Below, in pieces: positions 1 through 10,265 of a DNA stretch of 64,000 nt. Every line of letters begins with the position of its first letter. The first letter of the stretch is position 1. The stretch is from an uncultured Gammaproteobacteria bacterium (GTDB taxonomy: Bacteria; Pseudomonadota; Gammaproteobacteria; CAVYTG01), in contig CAVYTG010000002.1 in assembly GCA_963771515.1 (NCBI GenBank), forward strand, positions 46,607-110,606. The letters are read 5' to 3'. The translations under genes were made by a program, and so were the position numbers. Below the pieces are notes generated by a model that searched no databases, was not told the DNA's origin, and was given only the letters and a program-made list of their open reading frames with translations.

Positions 1-857
1 ACAGGACGAATTGGGAGTTTGGGAAAGAGCCTGTCAATGTATTAATGTTGGGGATTGCATATGAGGGGATGTCCATACCTCTATTATGGGATTTGCTCCC
101 TAAGAGAGGTACCTGCAATACAAAGGAAAGAAAAGCATTAGTTAAGCGATTCATCGATCAATTTGGTAAAGAGTGTATAGAAGGGTTGCTCTGTGACAGA
201 GAATTTATAGGGGAAAGCTGGTTTGAATGGTTAATCAGGCAGGAAATTCCTTTTTATATTCGAATTAAGAACAATACGTTAATTCGTGCTGGGAAAAAGA
301 AATTATGGGAAGCAAAGAAAATTTTCCGTTTTGTCAGCCCAGGAAACGCTCAGGTTTTTGGAATGTCGGTAGAGATAGGAAGAAACAAGGTTTACCTGGC
401 GGGATCCCGTTCAAAAAGAGGGGAATTGATGGTCGTTGCAACTAACATAAAATTAAGAGTCAAGCAGGCTATCAGTATCTATCTTCGCAGATGGGAGGTG
501 GAGTGTTTGTTTCAAGGGCTAAAATCCAGAGGTTTTAGATTTGAGGATACCCACATGACAAAGCCAGAACGCATTGAAAAGCTATTAGTTCTGCTAGCCC
601 TAGGTTTTACATGGGCTCATAGGATAGGAGAATTTAAAGCTCAAACCAGGCCTATTGCCTTAAAAAGGCATAAAGATGGACAACTGAGACCTCAAAACAG
701 TTATTTCAGGTATGGGTTTGATTTTATTCGACACACCATCCTAAACCAGGAGAAAAGTTCAGATGAAAACCTTTGGGTGACACTTTTTAACTTGTTGATT
801 TATAAAAAAGAAACCCCTTTGGAGGAAAGTCATGTTTGAGTTTTGTCCAGTGCAGAG
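1..857 (+). mobile_element. IS4-family (ISAba1/IS10-like) insertion sequence, left part outside window
   Basis: Contains transposase 45-839. Right end 841-857 (reverse complement CTCTGCACTGGACAAAA) resembles the ISAba1 IR CTCTGTACACGACAAA. Confidence 0.8.
45..839 (+). CDS. IS4-family DDE transposase, 5' part runs off the window
   Basis: Motifs LLCDREFIG and YLRRWEVECLFQGLKSRGF. The frame continues upstream (RTNWEFG) to the window edge. Confidence 0.9.
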   Translation: MLGIAYEGMSIPLLWDLLPKRGTCNTKERKALVKRFIDQFGKECIEGLLCDREFIGESWFEWLIRQEIPFYIRIKNNTLIRAGKKKLWEAKKIFRFVSPGNAQVFGMSVEIGRNKVYLAGSRSKRGELMVVATNIKLRVKQAISIYLRRWEVECLFQGLKSRGFRFEDTHMTKPERIEKLLVLLALGFTWAHRIGEFKAQTRPIALKRHKDGQLRPQNSYFRYGFDFIRHTILNQEKSSDENLWVTLFNLLIYKKETPLEESHV

Positions 858-1662
858 CATTTTGATGACAAAAAGAGCCCCTTTCCCCAAAATTTAGGCG
901 CAAAAAGCCTGACTAGCTGCGAAATTCCAAATTTCTTTGGCTTCCTTAAATTTTACACGTTGTTCTTGAGCGGTATTTTTATAGCGCCCAACCGCGACAG
1001 AAAAGATATTCCGGGTTTTCCCCATCAGAGAAAGTGTTTTCTGTACCCCTCCTGGAGATTTAAATTTGATCAGACATTTCTCTTTTCTTCGAGTGGGCTG
1101 ATGAGCGTTCTCAACCCGGTTATTCAAGCCTTTATGCTGTCTGTGCTCAGTTCCTTTGCACATATGCTGAATGGGCTTGTTATAACTCTTCAGTTTATCC
1201 GTCACAATAACACGAGGTTTTGGGTATGAGCCTAACAGCCTGGATAAAAATCGAGTGGCCGCTCTCTTGTTTCGACATTTTTGAAGTAGAACATCCAGCT
1301 CATAACCTTCAGAATCAACTGCTCGCCAGAGATAATAGGGCTCTCCATTGATTTTCAACACCATCTCGTCTAAATGCCATTTATTCCCGGGCTTCGTTTC
1401 TCGCTTTTTGAGCACGTCTTGAAATTGATCTCCAAACTTCAAACACCAACTACGAATGGCTTCATGGCTTACCGATATACCTCGATATAAAAGTCGCTCC
1501 TTTACATCTCTATAGCTGTCATTGAATCGGTGATAACTCCATACAACCCCAATAATTTCCATCGGAAAACGGTGCCTCTTCGGCTTCTTTTGCAACATCA
1601 TCAAGGATGACTCCAATATCAATTCCCAGCAGTCTAGCATAATCAGTTAACTTGACGGTGCC
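858..1662 (-). mobile_element. IS6-family element copy 1, right IR lost or displaced by the IS4 element
   Basis: IR GGCACCGTCAAGTTAA ends at 1662. Body near-identical to copies at 4385 and 41684. Sequence stops at 858 where the other IR should begin. Confidence 0.9.
894..1640 (-). CDS. IS6-family transposase
   Basis: WHLDEM, YLWRAVDSEG, IVTDKL, LNNRVENAHQP motifs. Confidence 0.95.
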   Translation of the reverse strand: MLDCWELILESSLMMLQKKPKRHRFPMEIIGVVWSYHRFNDSYRDVKERLLYRGISVSHEAIRSWCLKFGDQFQDVLKKRETKPGNKWHLDEMVLKINGEPYYLWRAVDSEGYELDVLLQKCRNKRAATRFLSRLLGSYPKPRVIVTDKLKSYNKPIQHMCKGTEHRQHKGLNNRVENAHQPTRRKEKCLIKFKSPGGVQKTLSLMGKTRNIFSVAVGRYKNTAQEQRVKFKEAKEIWNFAASQAFCA

Positions 1663-2455
1663 GTTTACAGGCTTCCTCTGCGCCAGGCGCAGGGATTCAT
1701 CGACTCCATTTTTGAAATCATGGGACTTGAATTAACCTGTCCGAGCTATAGCCAGCTGAGTAAGCGTCTAGCCGAGCTTAACATCGAGGCTCCGCGCTAC
1801 TATGTCCATCGAGACAGAATAGATGATGAGATTAGGGCTATTGCGATTGATTCGACAGGGCTTAAGCGGTTTGGAGGTGGAGAATGGCATCAGGAGAAAT
1901 ATGAGCTATCAAGCAAGGCCAGTTGGAGGAAATTGCATCTGGGAGCGAATGATGAATACTACTATGAAGCCTGTGTATTGACGGACAGATTCTGCTCAGA
2001 TGACCAGGCAGTCGATGAATTATTGGAGCAGATCAAGGAGCCGGTTGATCATATTACAGGGGATGGCGCCTACGATAAAACACCTGTTTATGAAGCAATG
2101 AGAGCCCATTCGCCACAGGCTGACATTGTTATTCCACCCAGTGCTGTAGCCGTTCTGAATGAAAAGGCATCACCGCTCAGGAATCGAAACATAGCAGAAA
2201 TTAAGGCTCATGGACGAATGCAATGGCAAAAAATACGGCATTATGGAAGACGCAATACCTCAGAATTGAATGTGCTGCGGTACAAGCGCATTTTAGGCGA
2301 TTCCATGCATGCGCGAGAACTTGGCCGACAAAAAACAGAAGCCATGATTGGATGTGGAGTCATCAATAAAATGACATCCATCGGTATGCCTAAAAGCTAT
2401 CGCTGCGCCTGAATTTTGGGAAAGGTATGCAGGCTCAGAGTTAGGAAACAAAGCC
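1663..2455 (+). pseudogene. IS5-family (IS903-like) transposase, 5'-truncated by IS6, with right IR
   Basis: Reads VYRLPLRQAQGFIDSIF from 1663, then IAIDSTGLK, WRKLHL and GDGAYD (ORF 1720-2412). IR-like GGCTTTGTTTCCTAACTC (reverse complement) ends at 2455. Confidence 0.85.
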
Positions 2456-2497
2456 GCTGATCGAAGTGATCCGGTCGGTCTACTCACCCCGGAGGTC
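2456..2497. repeat. Short mobile-end repeat ...GTGATCCGGTCGGTCTACTCACCCCGGAGGTC
   Basis: 33 bp (2465-2497) identical to the reverse complement of 24440-24472. Confidence 0.85.
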
Positions 2498-3196
2498 AAT
2501 ATACAGAAAACACTGGGTGAAAGTAATTTTGATTTGAGGGATTTTTTAAAAGGTAACATGGATATCTTTGTTATTTTGCCGGAGGATCAGGTGAAAGAGC
2601 ATAACCGTCTTTTCCGTATGATCTTATCTCCCATGATGGGTCTTATCATCAGAGCAAATCCAAGTGAATTACCAGAGAAGAAAATGCTGTTTTTGCTGGA
2701 AGAGATCGCTCAGCTCTCGGCTTGTGAAGATATCGAGCAATGTATCGAGGTATTAAGAGCAAGAGGCATCCGGATATGGGCAGTGTTCCAGACGCTTAAA
2801 CAGATCAAACAGTTTAAAAAACCCGATCTTTTCCTGACGATGAAGCTAAAACAAATCTTCGGTAATGATGATCCTGAAACGATGGAATGGATACAAAAAC
2901 TGTGTGGTAAAAAAACGATACTGACCAAAACCCTATCGAGCAACAAAGGAGACTCCAGGCAGAAAATGCAGATGGTGGGTGGCACCAAAACGCGAGGAGA
3001 TGGGGAAAGCGTACATGAAACAGGGGTTGACCTGATGCCCCTCAACAAAATCAGAGAAATGCCAGCAGAAGAGCAGTTAGTGTTTCTAGTAGGGGAGAGA
3101 CCCATCCATTGCAGGAAATCACGATATTTTAAGATGGAAGCATTTGAAGGGAAGTATGATGCAAATCCCTTGGAGAAAAAACATCAAAATAAGTAG
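2498..3196 (+). pseudogene. 3' fragment of a TraG/VirD4 coupling protein gene
   Basis: Clear paralog of the C-terminal third of 51296-53272 (NIQKTLGESNFDL, LLEEIAQL, EVLRARGIRIW). Begins abruptly after the repeat. Confidence 0.85.
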
Positions 3197-3284
3197 ATCA
3201 AAAGCAAGTTATGGCGGAATTTTTATACTTAAAATTCAATGCGCCTTAGCCAGATGTTTTTGCTAGAACTTAAATGAAATTGCG

Positions 3285-3310
3285 AAATATTATCTTTTAT
3301 GATAATATTT
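3285..3310. promoter_or_regulatory. Palindromic operator overlapping the TA promoter
   Basis: AAATATTATC-N6-GATAATATTT just upstream of the ATG at 3315. Confidence 0.5.
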
Positions 3311-3314
3311 AAAG

Positions 3315-3641
3315 ATGAAGTGGTTAGTTTCTTTTTACAACGAAAAGGTCGAGCGTAGAATATTAGATTACCCTAGAGGTATTTATGTGCGCTTCCTGAA
3401 ATTGCTAGAAATTATGGAAAGTAAAGGTGCAAATATTGGAGAACCTCATACTAAGTCGTTAGGTGATGGTTTATTTGAAATACGAGTAAAGGCGAAAGAG
3501 GGGTTGGGACGCTTTTTTTATTGCACGTTGGTGGATAAAGAAATTGTGATTTTGCATAGCTTCATCAAAAAAACACAACACATCCCCAAAAAAGAACTAG
3601 ATGTTGCAAAAAAACGTATGAAAGAGGTAAAGCTATCATGA
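3315..3641 (+). CDS. RelE/ParE-family (Gp49/HigB-like) toxin
   Basis: GEPHTKSLGDGLFEIRVK and LHSFIKKTQ motifs; overlaps the downstream HTH gene. Confidence 0.9.
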   Translation: MKWLVSFYNEKVERRILDYPRGIYVRFLKLLEIMESKGANIGEPHTKSLGDGLFEIRVKAKEGLGRFFYCTLVDKEIVILHSFIKKTQHIPKKELDVAKKRMKEVKLS

Positions 3642-3940
3642 ACAAAAGACCAACTTTAAAAAGTTTTAGAGAAAAAGTATTAACCGATGAAAAGGCTAAA
3701 GCACTTTATAATGAATTAGATTTCGAATATCAATTGCTCGAGGAGTTGATTGAGCAACGCAAAGCATCTGGATTAACACAAGAGGAAATTGCAAGGCGCA
3801 TGGGTACAAAAACCCCGAATATTTCGCGCTTTGAAAATAGTTTGCTCAAACCTTCTCCAACATTAGCAACATTAAAAAAATATGCACATGCATTGGGCTG
3901 TCACCTGGAAGTACATGTTGTGCCAAACGCAAACCATTAA
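3638..3940 (+). CDS. XRE/HTH antitoxin (HigA-like)
   Basis: SGLTQEEIARRMGTKTPNISRFE helix-turn-helix; ATGA coupling to the toxin gene. Confidence 0.9.
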   Translation: MNKRPTLKSFREKVLTDEKAKALYNELDFEYQLLEELIEQRKASGLTQEEIARRMGTKTPNISRFENSLLKPSPTLATLKKYAHALGCHLEVHVVPNANH

Positions 3941-4118
3941 GGACTTAACAACGCCAAAGGATAGTATTTTATGGATAAAAAAGTATCAAAAGGATCTCTT
4001 ATGCCTACTTATTTCCACTGTGCTGATGAGCTAATGAGGCGCTGAGGTAAAGGACTTTAGATTTTACGACATGTTTTGTTGTTATAATTAATTTTGATGC
4101 TAGGGGTTCTAAGCCGTA

Positions 4119-4384
4119 CAATGGCATTCGGTTAAGCTAAAACTGCATGATACACTGATTCTCTATTGTTAGATATGCTCACTTTGGAGAAACATTCATG
4201 GATTTTTGGAGTCCTTATCAAGAAATCATCCAGGGAATTTGCTTAAATTTTGATGGCAGATGGAAAATTCGGAATCGGGTAATAGACACTCAATTTTTAG
4301 TTTTATTTATTTTCAAGTTGGTTTTGAGCAAAAATCAACAGGGATATAAAAGTTTACTGAATGAACTGTGGGAGGGCTCAGAAA
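4119..4384 (+). pseudogene. IS4-family left end and transposase N-terminal fragment, cut by IS6
   Basis: IS4-like IR CAATGGCATTCGGTTAAG at 4119-4136; ORF from 4198 interrupted at 4385. Confidence 0.6.
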
Positions 4385-5205
4385 GGCACCGTCAAGTTAA
4401 CTGATTATGCTAGACTGCTGGGAATTGATATTGGAGTCATCCTTGATGATGTTGCAAAAGAAGCCGAAGAGGCACCGTTTTCCGATGGAAATTATTGGGG
4501 TTGTATGGAGTTATCACCGATTCAATGACAGCTATAGAGATGTAAAGGAGCGACTTTTATATCGAGGTATATCGGTAAGCCATGAAGCCATTCGTAGTTG
4601 GTGTTTGAAGTTTGGAGATCAATTTCAAGACGTGCTCAAAAAGCGAGAAACGAAGCCCGGGAATAAATGGCATTTAGACGAGATGGTGTTGAAAATCAAT
4701 GGAGAGCCCTATTATCTCTGGCGAGCAGTTGATTCTGAAGGTTATGAGCTGGATGTTCTACTTCAAAAATGTCGAAACAAGAGAGCGGCCACTCGATTTT
4801 TATCCAGGCTGTTAGGCTCATACCCAAAACCTCGTGTTATTGTGACGGATAAACTGAAGAGTTATAACAAGCCCATTCAGCATATGTGCAAAGGAACTGA
4901 GCACAGACAGCATAAAGGCTTGAATAACCGGGTTGAGAACGCTCATCAGCCCACTCGAAGAAAAGAGAAATGTCTGATCAAATTTAAATCTCCAGGAGGG
5001 GTACAGAAAACACTTTCTCTGATGGGGAAAACCCGGAATATCTTTTCTGTCGCGGTTGGGCGCTATAAAAATACCGCTCAAGAACAACGTGTAAAATTTA
5101 AGGAAGCCAAAGAAATTTGGAATTTCGCAGCTAGTCAGGCTTTTTGCGCCTAAATTTTGGGGAAAGGGGCTCTTTTTGTCATCAAAATGTTAACTTGACG
5201 GTGCC
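4385..5205 (+). mobile_element. IS6-family element copy 2 (821 bp)
   Basis: Terminal IRs GGCACCGTCAAGTTAAC at both ends; no target duplication. Confidence 0.95.
4407..5153 (+). CDS. IS6-family transposase
   Basis: Protein identical to copy 1. Confidence 0.95.
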   Translation: MLDCWELILESSLMMLQKKPKRHRFPMEIIGVVWSYHRFNDSYRDVKERLLYRGISVSHEAIRSWCLKFGDQFQDVLKKRETKPGNKWHLDEMVLKINGEPYYLWRAVDSEGYELDVLLQKCRNKRAATRFLSRLLGSYPKPRVIVTDKLKSYNKPIQHMCKGTEHRQHKGLNNRVENAHQPTRRKEKCLIKFKSPGGVQKTLSLMGKTRNIFSVAVGRYKNTAQEQRVKFKEAKEIWNFAASQAFCA

Positions 5206-5300
5206 CTTGAAGCAGCTCCTCGCAAAGCACATGATTTTCTGAGCTGCCTTGCCAAAATCCCAAGGGTTTTTTCTCACCATTAATATCTACACCTTGCACT
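5206..5300 (-). pseudogene. IS256-family transposase fragment
   Basis: Minus strand reads GVDINGEKKPLGFWQGSSENHVLCEELLQ, typical of the IS256 catalytic region. Confidence 0.55.
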
Positions 5301-5480
5301 TCAACCAGTACTCGTAATAAACTTTTAGGGATGGCATATGGCTTGCATCAGTTTTTACTGTAATTGCTGTCTTCTCTACTGATTTTGACATTTTTTTATC
5401 AAAATACCGGGCATCACGAGTTTGGGCGGACTCAAGAGCCATGATAAAAACTACTTTAGGTATCAAATGCGAATCCAGAG

Positions 5481-5848
5481 CTAAATTGGCTTGAAGAGGA
5501 TCAAGCATGCGGCAGCGATTTTTCCAAAGACATGTACCATTAACCCCTTGTATGAGCGAACTTTACTTGCAATTTGAATGCCTGTTTTTTCATTAATCCA
5601 GTTAAAGAAAGATTCAATAGGCTGCCTAACACTTGCAATAGCAGTTGTTAATAGGGCGTCTGTAGCATCCTTTAAAATTTGCCCTTTTTCCTTTTTTGGT
5701 GGGGTATACAAAGTGTAATGCTCAGACTCAAGTAAAGGCGTATTACCTATTTGATAAGCTTTATCAGCGAAAACTTTTGACTGAACCTCAGGTTCAATCT
5801 GTTCATAAGCCTTACGATCATGCACGCCTGCATGGGTTAGACCTATTT
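5481..5848 (-). pseudogene. IS982-family transposase 3' fragment, truncated by the Tn3 element
   Basis: VHD, FADKAY and VRQPIESFFNWINEKTGIQIASKVRS motifs. Confidence 0.75.
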
Positions 5849-5895
5849 GGGGTGTGACAATCATTGGAACGAAAAGGTACTCTAAGCAAAAATTC

Positions 5896-8800
5896 CTAGG
5901 CCAGTTCTAACGTTTCAGAGATATTTAGCGACCTGAGTTTTCCTTCTGTCACCGTTTTTGGCAACATAAATGAAAAATGTCCCAAGAAGTTAATATGCTT
6001 TCGTCCCAACGGTGATAACCGTGCTTCATCTTCTTCGTTTATCACTTCACCTTGCGCACGTAAATAATCTAATGCCGCCTGCATATATACTGTATTCCAT
6101 AAAATAATTGCATTGATTGCCAATCCAAGTGTATTGAGCTGATCTTCTTGTCCCTCTCGATATTTTTCGTAAATTTCGCCACGGCGACCATGATATACGG
6201 TACGCGCTAAACTGTGACGACTTTCCCCTTTATTGAGTTGCGTCAAAATATGGCGTCGATATTCTTCGCTATCAATATACTTGAGTAAATGCAATGTCTT
6301 AATAATACGTCCTAAATTCATTAATGCCTTAGCCAACCCTGAAGGTCTGTTCTTTCGAAATAAAGATCGAACTAAATCAGAAGCGCTCACATGGCCCAGT
6401 TTTAATGAAGCAGCAACTCGCAAAATATCTTCCCAGTGCTTTCTTATGGATGCTTCGTTAATTTTATGGTTTGAAATATCATTCAATACGCCATAGTCTG
6501 CATTAACGTCAATTCTCCAAAACCTTGCGCCACCTACATCGGAAAGTCTTGGACTAAATTGGTAACCCAACAACCAAAATAAGGCAAAGATAATTTCGCT
6601 GGCTCCCGCTGTGTCTGTCATGACCTCCCTGATATCAAGACTTGTTTGTTGGTCTTGCATGCCATCCAACAGATATAGTGAATCACGCAAAGTCCCTGTG
6701 ATAACAATCCCGTGAAACCCTGTGTTTTGATCCGATAAAAAGTTATACCAAGTAATTCCGCGACCTGGACCAAAGTATTTTCGATTCGCTCCAGAGTTCA
6801 CTGTTTTTACAGCACAGGAAAATCTAATTCCATCAGCAGAAGCAACATGACCTGTACCCATTTTTTTTGCAAGCGATTGTTGAGACTGGAGATCTACAAG
6901 TCTCGCGTTGGATTTGGCAATGGTCTCTGCGCGAATACAATTTTGCTGAACCCAGCTTAATCGATTGCGTGTTAATTGTGGGCTGTCTTCGTCAATTAAT
7001 GGCTCAAGACCAATATTGCATGCTTCTGCCATGATAGTTGCACATAATGATATTTCAATGTCCTCGACTCGAGTGTTGTTATCACTAATATGCGTACACT
7101 CGTGCGTAAAAGAGGACATTTGATTTACTTCAAGTAGCAATTCTGGAAAACCAATGCGAGGCATCAGGTTATCCACTTTCTCTTTTAATATTTTCAGACT
7201 TTGTGGCTCATCAATTTTTTCTAATCGAGACAGTTTGATCCGGTCTTTGTCCTTACTGTTTTTAACAATCTCAACGGCATCGTTTTTAGGTAATCGATGC
7301 AGCACATTCTGATAAGTCTCTTCCAGAGTTGAAGAAAGATAACTAAACATTCCATCAAAGTCAGCACTTAAATTGAGGGCTTGGCAAACAGGCAGCTTAT
7401 TTTGCTCCCACGCTAGAGCGCTTAATAATTTTGCACGTGGATCGCACCACCGTTCACTATGAACCACATGAATATCTCGGCTACGCATATTAGCCTGCAA
7501 ATGGTCCATGACACACAGTGTATATCCGGGCCTATCGACTTCATTCGTCTTAGCGTTAATCACCTTATCTCGCCAGCCTGCATTAATAATATCAAGTGGT
7601 GCGTTTTTAATTGAAGATGGGCGTTTTCCTTCGATAGAAGCTAGGAATTTTATAGCCTCTTGTACAGGTTTTCCTTCTTTAGTCGATTGAAATTGGATTG
7701 TATTAAGAAGAGTTGGCAAGAACCGTCGTACGGTCTTGTATTGCTCAAGCAGCTCATCATAGTATTTATCATGATTGGGTTTTGCAATTTGCCGAATGGT
7801 GGTTATTGCATTAGATATAGCATCCCTGGAAATCGCCTTGTAAATCATAGCAGGTAAGTCTTTATTTTCCTCATGCTGCAAAAATAAATCAGAGAAATCG
7901 GATAGCTTTAAAGCGGCCTTATCCAAATCACCCAAACTTCGAATGCGTTTTTTCTCACCTAATCGTTTGGCTGCTGCAGTAATTTCTGTGATTAACATGT
8001 CCAATAAATCTAATGCATCATCCAGGGCTTTGATTTCATACACATAAGCAAATGAAAATAACACGGCAATCCGTCTATCATCTGGCATCCTTTTAATAGA
8101 AGGTGCCCAAGAAACAGCAACATATCTGGCTAAGTGATTAATCTTAGCTTTTGGGATGTTTCCAATATCTATTTTACCTATCCCTAAGTCACATAGATAT
8201 TGATAGCGCTTCAGTGCAAGCACTAAACCGCTGCTGCTGATACGCACTGGACCATTTTTTAATTCATCAAGCTTGCTGTATCGCTTACCCTCAGGAACCA
8301 ATAATAAGTCTTCAAGTTGCTTTTTCTGATCATCATTAACTAACAAGGTGAGTCGATTCCATAGCCGCTTTGAGACACGATCTCGAACTTTTGCAATCAA
8401 AACAGTTAACGTACTCATGCCTGGCAAAAGTACTTTTCTGCTGATGAGCCATAATACGCAACGTTCAAATAGAATGCTGGGCCTTTCATTACCAAACCAA
8501 GCTTGAGCGTATAACCAGCGAGTTAAGCGATATCCCCAGATACCACTGAGATCTTTGTAATCAAATAGCATCTTGATTTCACTAGAATGTGCCAATCGGG
8601 TTGCTTTTCGTTCCAGATAACACGCAATATCTACCGGTAATTCAAGCCCTAATTGTTTAGCAAGATAACAGACAACCTCATTAGGCACATCAATCGGATT
8701 TGATAGAAAAGCCCCAAGAAATCTGACGGTAGTTAACTGTAATGCATAACCAAGTTTGTTGTAATCGCGTCGGCAGGTATCAATCAATGCTTTATCCTTA

Positions 8801-8919
8801 TCATCAAGATAAAAATACTTATCCAGTTGATCTTGCGTAAGTACCGCAGGATATTTTACATAGGACTGATGTTGCTCATCGGTTAAAAAATCAACAGGCA
8901 TGCATGGCTCAAAAAACAA
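5896..8919 (-). CDS. tnpA: Tn3-family transposase
   Basis: About 1000 aa; LGYALQLTTVRFLG, ASADGIRF, MTDTAG, QLNKGESRHSLAR motifs. Confidence 0.97.
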   Translation of the reverse strand: MFFEPCMPVDFLTDEQHQSYVKYPAVLTQDQLDKYFYLDDKDKALIDTCRRDYNKLGYALQLTTVRFLGAFLSNPIDVPNEVVCYLAKQLGLELPVDIACYLERKATRLAHSSEIKMLFDYKDLSGIWGYRLTRWLYAQAWFGNERPSILFERCVLWLISRKVLLPGMSTLTVLIAKVRDRVSKRLWNRLTLLVNDDQKKQLEDLLLVPEGKRYSKLDELKNGPVRISSSGLVLALKRYQYLCDLGIGKIDIGNIPKAKINHLARYVAVSWAPSIKRMPDDRRIAVLFSFAYVYEIKALDDALDLLDMLITEITAAAKRLGEKKRIRSLGDLDKAALKLSDFSDLFLQHEENKDLPAMIYKAISRDAISNAITTIRQIAKPNHDKYYDELLEQYKTVRRFLPTLLNTIQFQSTKEGKPVQEAIKFLASIEGKRPSSIKNAPLDIINAGWRDKVINAKTNEVDRPGYTLCVMDHLQANMRSRDIHVVHSERWCDPRAKLLSALAWEQNKLPVCQALNLSADFDGMFSYLSSTLEETYQNVLHRLPKNDAVEIVKNSKDKDRIKLSRLEKIDEPQSLKILKEKVDNLMPRIGFPELLLEVNQMSSFTHECTHISDNNTRVEDIEISLCATIMAEACNIGLEPLIDEDSPQLTRNRLSWVQQNCIRAETIAKSNARLVDLQSQQSLAKKMGTGHVASADGIRFSCAVKTVNSGANRKYFGPGRGITWYNFLSDQNTGFHGIVITGTLRDSLYLLDGMQDQQTSLDIREVMTDTAGASEIIFALFWLLGYQFSPRLSDVGGARFWRIDVNADYGVLNDISNHKINEASIRKHWEDILRVAASLKLGHVSASDLVRSLFRKNRPSGLAKALMNLGRIIKTLHLLKYIDSEEYRRHILTQLNKGESRHSLARTVYHGRRGEIYEKYREGQEDQLNTLGLAINAIILWNTVYMQAALDYLRAQGEVINEEDEARLSPLGRKHINFLGHFSFMLPKTVTEGKLRSLNISETLELA

Positions 8920-9058
8920 AGAATAAACGAAACAATAAACCCAATAAGGTACGGTATTGGAACATCCAAATGGAACAGAATTTTTGTTCCATTTAAGTTG
9001 ATTTGTGTATTTTGGTCCATTATCATCTGATCGTCTAGACTCTAACGGAACAAAAACT
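8920..9058. other. Probable res site between divergent tnpA and tnpR
   Basis: Position, plus palindrome AAATGGAACAGAATTTTTGTTCCATTT at 8968-8994. Confidence 0.6.
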
Positions 9059-9616
9059 ATGGCTTGTTATGGTTACGCACGCGTATCAAGTATTGATCAA
9101 GATTATACACTTCAAGAAAAAACCCTACGAACCGCCGGATGTGATATCGTTCGCGCTGAAAAAGCATCGGGAACCCGTCGAAATTCACGCGCAGAATTAG
9201 AATTGTTGCTCGAATTTTTGCAAGAAGGCGACACCCTAATGGTGACTCGGGTAGATCGGCTTGCACGCAGCATCAAAGATTTACAAGATATTGTACATAT
9301 CCTTAAAGAAAAAAAGGTCATCTTAAAAGCAACCGAACAACCCATCGATACTCATACAGCTACCGGAAAGGCTTTCCTGGATATGTTGGGAGTGTTCGCA
9401 GAATTTGAAACTAATCTTCGGCGTGAACGCCAGCTTGAAGGGATCTCTGCTGCAAAACAAAGAGGGGCTTATTCTGGGCGAAAAAAATCAATTAACGATC
9501 TAGAAATCCAACGGCTTCGTTTTGAAGAAAAATTAAGACCTACGGAAATATCACGACAATTAGGAATTGGGCGCACTTCTGTTTACCGAGCCATTGCTAA
9601 AGAAAAAAGAAAATAA
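9059..9616 (+). CDS. tnpR: Serine resolvase
   Basis: YGYARVSS, VTRVDRLARS and C-terminal HTH; ATG at 9059 preferred over the longer ORF start. Confidence 0.95.
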   Translation: MACYGYARVSSIDQDYTLQEKTLRTAGCDIVRAEKASGTRRNSRAELELLLEFLQEGDTLMVTRVDRLARSIKDLQDIVHILKEKKVILKATEQPIDTHTATGKAFLDMLGVFAEFETNLRRERQLEGISAAKQRGAYSGRKKSINDLEIQRLRFEEKLRPTEISRQLGIGRTSVYRAIAKEKRK

Positions 9617-9671
9617 CAATGAGTCTATTTAAAAAGACTTCTGTTTTTTAAAACTAAAAAGGAAGCCACTG

Positions 9672-10061
9672 ATGAAAAAAATAAGTTACGAATACCATCA
9701 TATGGGGATACCCACTAATACACAAAGAGAAGGTGAAAAATATAGTTCTACGTTTAAAATGTACACTACTCAGGGTAATAATGAATTCCGCATTCAATGG
9801 CATCGTTATGAAGAGGGTTGTCCATTACATCCGCTTATACAATCTGTTCCTCATGTAGGTTTTAAAGTTTCTAGTATTGATGAAGCTATAAAAGGGGAAA
9901 AAGTTTTACTTGAGCCTTATTATCCTTTTGAAGGTTTTCGTGTGGCTATGATTGAAGTTGAAGGTGCTCCAGTGGAGCTAATTGAAACTAACCTAAGTGA
10001 GGAAGAAATCTGGGGTAGTTCACACAAAGGTTCAGTTATTTATCCAGAAAATGATGAGTAA
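9672..10061 (+). CDS. VOC/glyoxalase-family protein (transposon cargo)
   Basis: YHHMGIP, PHVGFKVSSIDEA, VAMIEVEGAPVELIE motifs. Confidence 0.7.
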   Translation: MKKISYEYHHMGIPTNTQREGEKYSSTFKMYTTQGNNEFRIQWHRYEEGCPLHPLIQSVPHVGFKVSSIDEAIKGEKVLLEPYYPFEGFRVAMIEVEGAPVELIETNLSEEEIWGSSHKGSVIYPENDE

Positions 10062-10265
10062 CCTCGGTCCATGATGTCTCTGAAACGCTAGAACTGGCCT
10101 AAGGATTTTTGCTTAGAGTACCTTTTCGTTCCATTGATTGTCACACCCCATGTTAAGGAAATGATCTTCACGACCCTTGATATCTCGCTTTTCTACAAAG
10201 AAAGGCAGCTAAAAGAAATTTTCTACGATCCCATCTTCGCAAAATCCTTTATGAGCAGATGATAA

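Larger units (their letters stand above)
5849..10149. mobile_element. Complete Tn3-family transposon (tnpA, res, tnpR, VOC cargo gene)
   Basis: About 73-bp imperfect terminal IRs starting GGGGTGTGACAATCA(T/A)TGGAACGAAAAGGTACTCTAAG at 5849 and ending at 10149. Confidence 0.95.

Noticed and set aside
843-1229. 128-aa ORF, and the 89-aa equivalents at 4818 and 41802
   Set aside because: Antisense shadows of the IS6 transposase.
10150-10265. Possible trwA 3' remnant or oriT
   Set aside because: The short frame (VKEMIFTTL...) is too small to assign, and no nic-site hairpin was recognised.
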